The notes below the pieces were generated by a model that saw nothing but the letters and a program-made list of their open reading frames with translations, did no database searches and was not told where the DNA came from. From an uncultured Acidobacteriaceae bacterium (GTDB taxonomy: Bacteria; Acidobacteriota; Terriglobia; Terriglobales; Acidobacteriaceae), in the NCBI GenBank assembly GCA_964235795.1, contig CAXSBW010000007.1, positions 12,173 to 56,926 on the forward strand: a stretch of 44,754 nt of DNA, given 5' to 3'. Of the stretch, positions 16,613 through 25,530 are shown one piece after another. Positions within the stretch are counted from its first letter, which is position 1, and every line of letters starts with the position of its first letter. Position numbers and translations under genes: made by a program.

Positions 16613-18988
16613 ATGGACCTCGAACCTCAATCCGCGATCCCTGACCTGATGAACTCGCTTGCTCCGCCGCCGGAGACTGCCGAGCCCCAACAGGGAGCTG
16701 ACCCTTCCGGCGACGATCCAAACACCACGACCGAGGCCGATGCGCTGGAACAAGCCGGCCTCACGCAGGCTCAGCAGGACGGGCTCAAGCAGGTACGCGA
16801 GCTCTTTAAAAAGCAGTTTGCGCCGGCCCGAGGAAAGTTTGTTCGGCGATGCCTCCGGGCGTTCGAGGTGATGAAGAACAACTCCTACGTGCTGTACAAC
16901 CAGTCGAACGCTGCCTATGACACGCTCTCTGAGATATTTGCTGGGCAGGCCACGTCCGACTCCGACGCGGAGCTCTACCAGTACAGCAACAACATCTATC
17001 AGATGCTGGCGCTGACCTGCATCGCGGCGCTTTCTCCGGCTGTGCCGAAATGCCGGTTTCAGCCGGCAGACGCAGACAACGAGGACGATCTTTCTATTGC
17101 ACAGAAGGCGTCCACCATCCACGCCTACACTGAGCGCCAAAACAAGATCAAGGCCTTACAGAAGCTCGAAATCCTGTACCTGTGGTGTTCCGGCAGCTAC
17201 TTCGCCTACACCCGTCACATCATCGACGCGAACCGGGCTGGAGTGCAAAAAATTCCGGTGTACGACATGCAGGAGCAGGAGATTGCGCCATCACGCTATG
17301 TTTGCCCGGATTGTGGCACGACGACATCGGATGAGTCGATGTCGCCTTTTACGCAACCGAACTGCCCATCATGCAAGTCGCCGCTGGGGCAGCAGGATTG
17401 GTACGAGAACCAGACGGCCACGCTTCCTGTGAAGACTGGCGAAGAGGAACGTCCGAATGGGATGACCGCCATGAATATCCTCAACGGCCTGCATGTCAGC
17501 GTGGACCCGGAAGCGCAAGACCTGTACGAATCGGCTATCTTAGACTACGAAATCGAGCAGAACGTCGCGGCCGTCCGCGCGGCTTACCCGCTGCGCTACA
17601 AGGAGATTGCGACCGGCTCTGCCGGAGCGGGCGGGGCGAGCGGGGCGGGGGATGAGGCGCGGCAAGCGCGGCAGTCCATTCAGTCCCCTGGCGGTGCCGC
17701 AGCGAACTCAAATGGGATGAATCAGGGAACGTATTCGCGCTGTTGGATACAGCCTTGGGCCTTCTACATTCTCGACGATCAAGATGTGGCCGACAGCCTT
17801 ATGGCGCTTTTCCCGAATGGGGTGAAGCTGGTTACGTTCAACGACGTGTTCCTGCAAGCGGTGCCGGAGCGCATGATGGATCATTGGACCTGGTGCCCCA
17901 CGCTCAAAGGTTTTGGCATGTACCCGATGGGCATTGGCGATGCTGCGCTGGACGTTCAGGAGCGCGTCAATGATTGCGCCAACACTTTGCACGCCTACAT
18001 GGACCGGCTCGCTTTTGGAACCATTCTCATGGATGGCGACGTGGTCGATGTTGCAGCGTTTACCAGTCGAGCTTTGACGCCGGGAAATGTCACGCCTGTC
18101 AATCGAAAAGCCGACCAGGAAGGCTCATCGAAGCCGCTAGAGTCCCTTCTTTACCAGCCTCAATTCCATATCGACGGGCACATCTTCAATTACGAACAGC
18201 AGTTGATTCAACTGATGCAAATGCTGTCCGGTGTCCAGCCGCAGACTTACGGAGGTTCCGATCCAAACGTGCAAACCGCTCAAGGCCAGGCGCAAATGCT
18301 CAAGAGCGCCATGGGGCGGATGCAATTGTTCTGGGACCAAATGCGGGAGGAGCACGCCGCGCGCGCTGAAAACTCGGTCCGCTGCACCGTCCTAAATATG
18401 GACGACGAGATGCGCGTGGTGATGGATGGCGACGTGACCGGGAATTACCGCACGGAAACGATTCTGGCGAGCGAAGTCGTGGGCGACTTTATGGCCTACC
18501 CGGAGTCGGATGAGGGCTTCCCCTCGAGCTACGAAGAGGTGCAAGCGCGCATCCTGCAATTGCTTCAAGACCAAAAGAACCCCTTCCTTCAAGCCGTGCT
18601 GGCGGAGCCGGATACGCAGAAAGTGGTAGCGCGGTATGTGCTGCCGGATCAAATCAAGCTGCCCGGAGACAGCGAGCGGTCCCGCATCAAGGAGATCATG
18701 CATCTGCTGGGCAAGTCCGAGCCGGTGACGGCGCAAGGTCCAAACGGGCCAATGATGATGCCGTCCATCCTGCCATCCGACGACTTCGACGACTTCGGTG
18801 TCGCCGTGCAAGTGGCCACGCAATGGCTTCAGGAGCAATGGCGCGCGCAGGATCAGCCCGGCTTCGCAAACGTGCTGGCTTTCCTGCGCATCTGCAAGCA
18901 AAAGGCGATTGAGAACGCGGCGCACCAGCAGATGGCCGCACAGGCACAGCAAGGCCCCCCGCCCGGCGCAGCGCCGCGAAAGCAATAA
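16613..18988 (+). CDS. Portal protein (P22-like) with Zn-ribbon insertion
   Basis: 791 aa, first gene of the head module. Gln/Ala-rich C-terminal barrel, QMLSGVQPQTYG...TAQGQAQM pattern, CPDC...CPSC insert. Confidence 0.8.
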   Translation: MDLEPQSAIPDLMNSLAPPPETAEPQQGADPSGDDPNTTTEADALEQAGLTQAQQDGLKQVRELFKKQFAPARGKFVRRCLRAFEVMKNNSYVLYNQSNAAYDTLSEIFAGQATSDSDAELYQYSNNIYQMLALTCIAALSPAVPKCRFQPADADNEDDLSIAQKASTIHAYTERQNKIKALQKLEILYLWCSGSYFAYTRHIIDANRAGVQKIPVYDMQEQEIAPSRYVCPDCGTTTSDESMSPFTQPNCPSCKSPLGQQDWYENQTATLPVKTGEEERPNGMTAMNILNGLHVSVDPEAQDLYESAILDYEIEQNVAAVRAAYPLRYKEIATGSAGAGGASGAGDEARQARQSIQSPGGAAANSNGMNQGTYSRCWIQPWAFYILDDQDVADSLMALFPNGVKLVTFNDVFLQAVPERMMDHWTWCPTLKGFGMYPMGIGDAALDVQERVNDCANTLHAYMDRLAFGTILMDGDVVDVAAFTSRALTPGNVTPVNRKADQEGSSKPLESLLYQPQFHIDGHIFNYEQQLIQLMQMLSGVQPQTYGGSDPNVQTAQGQAQMLKSAMGRMQLFWDQMREEHAARAENSVRCTVLNMDDEMRVVMDGDVTGNYRTETILASEVVGDFMAYPESDEGFPSSYEEVQARILQLLQDQKNPFLQAVLAEPDTQKVVARYVLPDQIKLPGDSERSRIKEIMHLLGKSEPVTAQGPNGPMMMPSILPSDDFDDFGVAVQVATQWLQEQWRAQDQPGFANVLAFLRICKQKAIENAAHQQMAAQAQQGPPPGAAPRKQ

Positions 18989-19017
18989 CGCCGGGCAACA
19001 GTTGCGTTTTTTCGCGG

Positions 19018-19025
19018 TAATGGTA
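19018..19025 (+). promoter_or_regulatory. WAATGSTA copy 5
   Basis: TAATGGTA ending 14 nt before ATG 19040, with no SD. Confidence 0.6.
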
Positions 19026-19039
19026 AGAAGTACCGCGAC

Positions 19040-20542
19040 ATGGCCGAACAAGTCGCGACACCCGCCCCCGCCCCCGCCCCAGCGCCCAGCACTCCCGCGC
19101 CCAGCGCGGGAACAGTTCCCGCCCCAGCTCCTGCCTCGCTCCCTGCCGGATCAGAGCGCAAGAGCACTCAGCAGATCATTCGCGAGCGCCTGTCGGGCTT
19201 GTCAGTGGCTACGCCCGTCGTTGAAGCCATTGAAGAGGAAGAGGCACCGGAGCCGCTAGAAGTTGGTGAGGGAGAAGTAGAGCAGGAGCCGGATCAATCC
19301 GAAGCTGAGGTCCAAGAGGAATCGCCCGAACCTGGAAACGGCGATGGCGGCTTCGAAGAAGGAGAGCCGGAAGGCGAAGGCTTCGATTTCGACCTGGAAA
19401 CCGAGCAGGCTCCGACGGCCCCGCAGGAGCTTTCTGCGGCGATCGACAAAGACCCCGCGCTCAAGGCTGCGATTGAAGCCAACCCAGAGCTGCGCAACAA
19501 GATTTTCGCGAACGCCCGACTTGCGTCCGTCGCGAAGGAGTATGGCGAGGTTTTCGCCAACCCAAGCGAAGCGCGTATTGCGGCTGAAGGCCACGGTATA
19601 TATTCCGGGGTTCGCGACGTGCTTTCATCGATTCGCCCCGCCACTGCCGAGGGTGGACCGGAAAGCACACAAGCTGTCCTGAACGCACTTTTTCAGGCTA
19701 CCGCTGTCCGCGACGAAGAAGGCCAGCCGGTCTTCAACGAGAACGGGCAGGTGGTGACAGATGGCTCGGTTAGCACGCTTCTGATGAATGCGATGCAGAC
19801 CCGGCTACTGAACGAAGCCGCTTTTGCGGCCAAGAATGGCGACGAAACCACGCAAGCTGCAATTGACCACCTCATGGAGCGCTTCGGTGGGGCTACCTCC
19901 AAGCCCGAGCAAGAGGATGGTGATGACGCGCTGGCGCAGGAGCGGGCCGCACTTCGCACGGAACGGCAAAGGCTCATTGATGATCGGGAAGCTGAAAAAC
20001 AGCAGCACTCTCAGGCATTCAATGAGCGGATCGAGCGCGCCGCCGATGCGCGCATCGACACCTCCATCAACTCGATCCTGAACCGCGTGGAAGGACTGAA
20101 CAAGTTCAACCGCGACAACCTGGACCGGACGATGCGCAAGGGAGTCGAAGCGGCGATTCGGAAAGACGGGTACTTCGCTACTGAGTTCAACTCGCTTTTG
20201 ACTATGCCGCCCACAGCGGCCACAGAAAAAAAGCGGGTGGCGCTGGTGGAGAAGTACCTTCAAAAACACTTGCCCGCAGTGGCGAAACCGCTGTTGCGCG
20301 AAGCCGGCATTACGGCGCTTGCTCAACAGGGGAAGAACAAGGCAATTTCAACCGCTCGCCAGCAGGCGGCGCAAAGCGAAACACGCGGTTCGGGACGCAT
20401 GGCGAAACCGACGGGACCGATGGACGCGGCAGCACTCGCCAGAACGGCGACGGAACAGCTGACCCGCGAACTCGGTACCTCTCGGCCTTCGACCTCAGCG
20501 ATTCTGGCGCGCGTGGCGCAGTTGCGCGCCGGCCAGCGATAG
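19040..20542 (+). CDS. Capsid scaffolding protein
   Basis: Lies between portal and capsid. Acidic disordered N-terminus, helical coiled-coil body. Confidence 0.7.
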   Translation: MAEQVATPAPAPAPAPSTPAPSAGTVPAPAPASLPAGSERKSTQQIIRERLSGLSVATPVVEAIEEEEAPEPLEVGEGEVEQEPDQSEAEVQEESPEPGNGDGGFEEGEPEGEGFDFDLETEQAPTAPQELSAAIDKDPALKAAIEANPELRNKIFANARLASVAKEYGEVFANPSEARIAAEGHGIYSGVRDVLSSIRPATAEGGPESTQAVLNALFQATAVRDEEGQPVFNENGQVVTDGSVSTLLMNAMQTRLLNEAAFAAKNGDETTQAAIDHLMERFGGATSKPEQEDGDDALAQERAALRTERQRLIDDREAEKQQHSQAFNERIERAADARIDTSINSILNRVEGLNKFNRDNLDRTMRKGVEAAIRKDGYFATEFNSLLTMPPTAATEKKRVALVEKYLQKHLPAVAKPLLREAGITALAQQGKNKAISTARQQAAQSETRGSGRMAKPTGPMDAAALARTATEQLTRELGTSRPSTSAILARVAQLRAGQR

Positions 20543-20586
20543 CGCGACCTCGACTCACTTACAGGCAGTAATGGAGATGACTTCCA

Positions 20587-21867
20587 ATGGCTGATTTGCA
20601 GGCAGGCGCAGGCGCTCTCGCTATCGCAATCGAGCAGGTGTACGAAATGCCGCAGCTTCTCGTCGAGAAGGATGCGGTCCTCGACAGACTCATCACGGAA
20701 ACCGGCAAGGCGGTCGCTGTGTCCGCTCACCTCTTCCGTCTTCCTTTTAAAACCTATCTCCCCGGCAAGCAGGCGGCGGTCTACCTCGACAACCCCGGCG
20801 TCAATTTCCCGACCCCAGGCTCGTCGAACTGGCAGTCCGGCTCGCTGGCTCCCGTGGCCTGGACGGTTCCGATCGGCTGGACCAAACTGGTGGAACTGAC
20901 TTCCACTTCGGGACTCACCGTCACCAATATGGTTTCCGAGCAGATGGCGGATGCTATCGATGTAATCGCGATGCGTCGCGACATGTCGATCTCCTCTGGA
21001 GACGGTACCGGCTTTCTCGGCAACATCATCGCCGTGGATACCGTCAACAATATCCTGACGTTCAACCCGAACGATTATGGCGCATCGCTGATCATGAACG
21101 ATCAGACGTTCGACGTGTATGCGGGATCGAACGTAGTGGGCACCTTGACGGCGACCGCAATCAGCAACGCCATCGGCAACGTTCAGAGCGTAACGGTGAC
21201 CGGACCTATTCCCGCCGCAGTGACTGCCGGCACGACGGCCCGCATGGCTCAGCTTACTTCGGGGTCTCCTTCGTTTGTCTATGGCATCCCTTACTGGTCG
21301 TCGAACGCGACTGTCGGCTTGACTGCCGGACTGGACCGTTCCGTTGCTGCCAACAGCTTCATCCTCTCGAACGGCGTCAATGCGGCGTCTTCGGCGGTGA
21401 CACTGCCGCTGCTGCGCATTCCGTTCAACCAGATTCGAAGCACTCTGGGCGTGGAGGCGGTGAAGAATGGGAAGTTAATTATCCACACCCACTTGGGCCA
21501 GCGCGCCGCATATGAGGCAATCGCTGGACAGATGGCAACCGTTCCGCTTGCCAATGGCATGGCCAAAAACTTCGATGGGCTGTTCAATGGCGACCTGACA
21601 GTCGGCGGAACGCCGATCGTTGAATCGAACCATGCTCACCGCCAGCGCTGGGATTTTCTCAACACGGAACGCTGGGGCAAGATCAAGTGGGGCGCGCCGC
21701 CGTTCTGGTTCACCTCTGAGGGCCGCAAGGTGTTTCAGCAGGTCGGCACGAACGGGCAGATTACCGCCGGAGCGGCGTCATTCATGATCGACACGGTGAA
21801 CTACTTCTGCGACAACCCAAAATCGCAGGCCAGCCTTTATAATACAAAGCAACCTGTTGGGTACTGA
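20587..21867 (+). CDS. Major capsid protein (HK97 fold)
   Basis: 426 aa after the scaffold, GGAG SD. Backbone helix ending in GDGTG, strongly biased codons. Confidence 0.8.
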   Translation: MADLQAGAGALAIAIEQVYEMPQLLVEKDAVLDRLITETGKAVAVSAHLFRLPFKTYLPGKQAAVYLDNPGVNFPTPGSSNWQSGSLAPVAWTVPIGWTKLVELTSTSGLTVTNMVSEQMADAIDVIAMRRDMSISSGDGTGFLGNIIAVDTVNNILTFNPNDYGASLIMNDQTFDVYAGSNVVGTLTATAISNAIGNVQSVTVTGPIPAAVTAGTTARMAQLTSGSPSFVYGIPYWSSNATVGLTAGLDRSVAANSFILSNGVNAASSAVTLPLLRIPFNQIRSTLGVEAVKNGKLIIHTHLGQRAAYEAIAGQMATVPLANGMAKNFDGLFNGDLTVGGTPIVESNHAHRQRWDFLNTERWGKIKWGAPPFWFTSEGRKVFQQVGTNGQITAGAASFMIDTVNYFCDNPKSQASLYNTKQPVGY

Positions 21868-21891
21868 GTAACTTGTACTGAGTAACTTGTA
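21861..21891 (+). repeat. Tandem 14-bp duplication GTACTGAGTAACTT x2 (+GTA)
   Basis: Copies at 21861-21874 and 21875-21888. The first contains the capsid stop codon. Confidence 0.9.
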
Positions 21892-21900
21892 TTGTATAAT
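21873..21900 (+). promoter_or_regulatory. Sigma70-like promoter for the HNH gene
   Basis: TTGTAC-16 nt-TATAAT, with ATG 6 nt downstream (leaderless geometry). Confidence 0.55.
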
Positions 21901-21906
21901 CCAGAA

Positions 21907-22545
21907 ATGGAGATACAGTGCAAACGATGCAAGAAGCTGAAAACAGAAAGCGCCTTTCGCCAGATAGGAAATCGCAGAACAAAGCTTTGCGAAGACTGTC
22001 GAGCGAGGGCGCTTTCTGCTTTTCATGCCAGCAATGGGAAAAATCGCGGCAAGTACACCGACATGATGCGAGAGAGGAGCCGTGCCGCAAGGATTCTAGT
22101 GCTGCAAAAGTATGGCGGAAAATGCGCTTGCTGCGGAGAGAGCGAGGTGCGCTTTCTTGCCTTAGACCATGTTGCCAACGATGGAGCCGAGCATCGTCGC
22201 GAAATGGGAGTCATCTACGGCGGAACGCTTATAGTGTCGTGGGCTCTTCGCAATGGGTGCCCCGACACGCTTCAAGTGTTGTGCCATAACTGCAACATAG
22301 GGCGAGCGCGAAATGGCGGGGTGTGCCCCCATAAAAGCGAGCACGTATATGTGCCGCAGGAGCCGGTTATCTTGCCGACCAGAAAGTATTTCAACCGTGC
22401 AAAGCTCACGCAAGACGAGGTACGTGAAATCAGGCGTAGAGCCGACGGCGGGGAGGCGTTGACAGAAATAGCAAAGGATTACCCAGTCAACCTTCAGAAC
22501 GTCTGGCATGTCGCTCACCGCAAGACCTGGAAAAACGTGGTCTGA
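21907..22545 (+). CDS. Free-standing HNH homing endonuclease (Zn finger + HNH + C-terminal HTH)
   Basis: CKRC..CEDC; YGGKCACCGE...LALDHVANDG...LQVLCHNCN; AKLTQDEVREIRR...RKTWKNV. Confidence 0.85.
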   Translation: MEIQCKRCKKLKTESAFRQIGNRRTKLCEDCRARALSAFHASNGKNRGKYTDMMRERSRAARILVLQKYGGKCACCGESEVRFLALDHVANDGAEHRREMGVIYGGTLIVSWALRNGCPDTLQVLCHNCNIGRARNGGVCPHKSEHVYVPQEPVILPTRKYFNRAKLTQDEVREIRRRADGGEALTEIAKDYPVNLQNVWHVAHRKTWKNVV

Positions 22546-22586
22546 CAACCTCGCCTGCGAAGCTCGCGGCGAAACGTTCTTGCGCG

Positions 22587-22594
22587 TAATGGTA
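22587..22594 (+). promoter_or_regulatory. WAATGSTA copy 6
   Basis: TAATGGTATGTT, then 7 nt, then ATG 22606. Confidence 0.6.
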
Positions 22595-22605
22595 TGTTTC
22601 GTGCC

Positions 22606-23319
22606 ATGCGATTTAATGACTACGTCGGCGAGCTGCCGCCACAATCGACCGTCAGCCACCTTCAGCGCGTGGGGGGGGGTAACCAAAAAGGCCAGCCGAT
22701 CTACCGGCTGGTGCAGGCTGACCGCGTGCTTGAAAAGATCGGTGCAAGCTGGGAAGACTACGCCGAAAATATTCCTGTCGCAGACCGCGGCACGATCGTC
22801 ACGGGCGCAGACGGCGGCCCGGCTGTCGCTGTTCGTCCGCTCCGAACCGTTGTCGAAGTGAGAGAAGTGCAGCGCTACCCAAACCTGCCTGAGGGCTCAT
22901 GGGTTTTGGAGCGCTTTATGCCGGCGGCGCTGTACGGTACAGAGCTCGCCTGGTATTCGATCCGCAACTGCGTTCCTGGCACTGGTGTCCCGCTGCTCGG
23001 ACCTTACCCCGAAGGCGGCAGGTACGAGATGATCGGCGGCCCCTATCCACAGATGCCCGGCTCCAATTTTCTTTCGGACCAGGTCGCTTTCTGGGAGGCA
23101 CGTCGCGCGGAGATCCCGCGCGACGTCGAGAAGCACGTTCGACAAAAGACCTACGAGGGGCAGCGCAGGGAAGAAGAGCGCCGCCGCAAGGCTCGCGCTG
23201 AAAAGTCAGCCGAAATCTTCGATGCGCTGACGCCTATAGCTTCCAACTCGCTTACCGCCGGAGCGTGGCGCACTAAACTTGCGGAACGCGGCGGCTTCCG
23301 CTCTCACATCGGCAACTAG
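22606..23319 (+). CDS. Hypothetical phage morphogenesis protein
   Basis: Long ORF in the structural operon. Start inferred from motif spacing (alternative 22594). Confidence 0.65.
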   Translation: MRFNDYVGELPPQSTVSHLQRVGGGNQKGQPIYRLVQADRVLEKIGASWEDYAENIPVADRGTIVTGADGGPAVAVRPLRTVVEVREVQRYPNLPEGSWVLERFMPAALYGTELAWYSIRNCVPGTGVPLLGPYPEGGRYEMIGGPYPQMPGSNFLSDQVAFWEARRAEIPRDVEKHVRQKTYEGQRREEERRRKARAEKSAEIFDALTPIASNSLTAGAWRTKLAERGGFRSHIGN

Positions 23320-23330
23320 GGGAATCCAAA

Positions 23331-24359
23331 ATGGCAAAACCGGCCACAGTAGCAACCATGACTTCAGAGGAGCAGCGGGAAGCTACGCTGCAATCGTCCC
23401 CCATGTCGCAAGCCGTTACCAGCGTATCTGTGACGGTACGAGACCCTAAAACCGGAAAAACGGCGAGCGTCGGACAAATCGATTTAGGCCGCGCCCCGCG
23501 TGGTGTTCCGAGCGACCCCGCCTTCGAGAACTTGCGGGCTGGCATGGAGAACCGTCTACATCGCACTGGAGTGCAAGCTGCAACCATCCTCAACATGCTC
23601 CCTATTCCATTAATGGTGAATTCTCCTATGGGGTCGATCGCCAACGTCATTATTCCGGCTTGCAACGAGGGGCAGGCGTTCACGTACCATACCTGGACGC
23701 AGGTGTTTATCGACAACCTGCTTTCGAGCGAAGGGATAAAGACGCCCTGGGACGTTCACCCGATCCAGATGGCGGATGCATTCGTTGAAGAGTACCGGAG
23801 CTTTGGTGGCGTAGTGGAGATTCTGGGTTCGCTTGACGGTTACGATCCGATGGCCGATCCACTCATCCGGCCATCGATCGATGCCGCGCGTGAGCGCATG
23901 TATGCCTGGGCGCAAGGTGTGGTGCGTGACGCTGAAAGCCTCTGGAACTCGCAGGGTGGCGCACAGAAGAATGCGATCGTCGATCACCACCGGGCATGCG
24001 CGCAGATACTGTTCGACACCGGGCGCCTCGGCAAACTGCCTGAGTGGATGCGGCTGGAGCCGAGTGCGCACGAGCTCGCGAAGCCTTGCCCGGTGTGTCG
24101 GGTCACCCCCAAAAAGGGTGCCGCGCTCTGCGTGTCGCAGGGGTGCAACTATGTCCTTGACCCGGCAGCGGCTTTCCATCTCGGGATGATTGATGAGACG
24201 AGCCCGGTGCTGGAACGGTTAACGCGCCTCGAAGTGGAAGAACTGGGGATTTCGGGATTCGTTGCTGAAACAGCGGATGAGAAGCCGGCACGCCTAAAGC
24301 TCGGCGTGCCCAAGCCGCTTTCTGCGTTCGAGCGGTCATCTTTGGACGCAAAAAAGTAG
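23331..24359 (+). CDS. Hypothetical protein with C-terminal Zn ribbon
   Basis: GGGGA SD. CPVC...LCVSQGC. Confidence 0.7.
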   Translation: MAKPATVATMTSEEQREATLQSSPMSQAVTSVSVTVRDPKTGKTASVGQIDLGRAPRGVPSDPAFENLRAGMENRLHRTGVQAATILNMLPIPLMVNSPMGSIANVIIPACNEGQAFTYHTWTQVFIDNLLSSEGIKTPWDVHPIQMADAFVEEYRSFGGVVEILGSLDGYDPMADPLIRPSIDAARERMYAWAQGVVRDAESLWNSQGGAQKNAIVDHHRACAQILFDTGRLGKLPEWMRLEPSAHELAKPCPVCRVTPKKGAALCVSQGCNYVLDPAAAFHLGMIDETSPVLERLTRLEVEELGISGFVAETADEKPARLKLGVPKPLSAFERSSLDAKK

Positions 24360-24380
24360 GCAAGGCAAAGAGGAGGACGC

Positions 24381-25076
24381 ATGCTCGACAAGGTGGCTGA
24401 TATTGCATCGAGGGTCGCCGTCCTCCTCGACGACCCGACCGCCTCTGTTTTTACGCTCGCATACCTGCTCCCCTTTATCGACCAAGAGTACGAGAAGCTG
24501 GACGTGGAACTGGAGCGGATGGGGATGCAGTACACCGAAGCTGTTGCCGTCTTCACCGTGTCCGCAGGAGTAAGCGACCTCAGTGCATTCGCGGGCGTTG
24601 GTGGGCCGCTGGCGGCGATGAAGTTTCCTCGGCGGCTGGATTGGAAGTTGCCGGGCGAACTGGACACGTCCTACCTCACTTCGTCGTTTGTGGGCGAGCT
24701 GGACGACGTTTACGGCGCATCGGTTGGGGCTCAGCAGTGGCGGTATGCCAGCGGTAATATCCAGATCACGCCGAGCCCTTCGCCAATCACCTTGCGCGTG
24801 TATTTCGACCAGGTTTCCACCAACGTGTACGACCCAAACCAAGGCGTTATCCGCGGCACGGCGCATATTCTGGCGGCGCGTGTAGCGGCGCGCGTGGCGC
24901 TGGTGCGCGGAAACAGGGAGTGGGCATCTGCCTATAACGCAGACGCGTTCGCATTGTTCAATGCGTTTGCAACAGTGGTCAGCATGCAATCTCAGGGGAA
25001 ATCTATGGTGGCACCGAACCTGCACGTTAGGGGACTGCGCCGGACGCCATTCTTTATTACGAACAACGGTGCCTAG
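24381..25076 (+). CDS. Head-tail adaptor (P22 gp4 / T7 gp11-like)
   Basis: GAGGAGG SD. About 230 aa with helical termini around a beta core, LLDDP....FT...LL.FI start, located before the nozzle. Confidence 0.6.
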   Translation: MLDKVADIASRVAVLLDDPTASVFTLAYLLPFIDQEYEKLDVELERMGMQYTEAVAVFTVSAGVSDLSAFAGVGGPLAAMKFPRRLDWKLPGELDTSYLTSSFVGELDDVYGASVGAQQWRYASGNIQITPSPSPITLRVYFDQVSTNVYDPNQGVIRGTAHILAARVAARVALVRGNREWASAYNADAFALFNAFATVVSMQSQGKSMVAPNLHVRGLRRTPFFITNNGA

Positions 25077-25080
25077 GCGG

Positions 25081-25088
25081 TAATGCTA
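25081..25088 (+). promoter_or_regulatory. WAATGSTA copy 7
   Basis: TAATGCTACGGT in the gap before ORF 25139. Confidence 0.55.
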
Positions 25089-25138
25089 CGGTGGCGACCG
25101 TACTCATCTGACCCCGCCCTTCGGGCGCTGGAGGAACC

Positions 25139-25525
25139 ATGCCGCACTCCCTATCCATGAACGCCGCCACCGACATCTCTCGCCGTAAAAAGCATGTCTA
25201 CCTGCAAGACACACTGAGCGGCAACTACACGCAGGGTGGAGACGTGATCGACCTCAGCAACATCGCCAATCCCGGTTTTCGCCCTGGGGTTCCCCTCGGC
25301 AAAGTTCCCGACCTGAACGATTGTTTTGTGAACACAGTGCCGGGTGGTTACAGCGCACAGATCGTTGCCAATGCGAACGCGCCCGCTACGCCAACCCTCG
25401 CCAACGCTTACGCGCTGAAGGTTTTTTCGGGCCCAGGTACGGAGTTGGCGGCGGGCGCTTACCCAACGGCATTGACCTCCTCCCCCTTGAGCTATGAGCT
25501 GGTGGCGAGTCCCTGGGGGTTCTAG
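25139..25525 (+). CDS. Small virion protein (decoration or tail-associated)
   Basis: GGAGGA SD, 128 aa. Y..GG..IDL and LKVF...GTELAAG pattern. Confidence 0.6.
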   Translation: MPHSLSMNAATDISRRKKHVYLQDTLSGNYTQGGDVIDLSNIANPGFRPGVPLGKVPDLNDCFVNTVPGGYSAQIVANANAPATPTLANAYALKVFSGPGTELAAGAYPTALTSSPLSYELVASPWGF

Positions 25526-25530
25526 CGCCG

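Noticed and set aside
20569-20576. TAATGGAG before the capsid gene as a tenth motif copy
   Set aside because: Lacks the conserved final TA and is explained by the GGAG Shine-Dalgarno.
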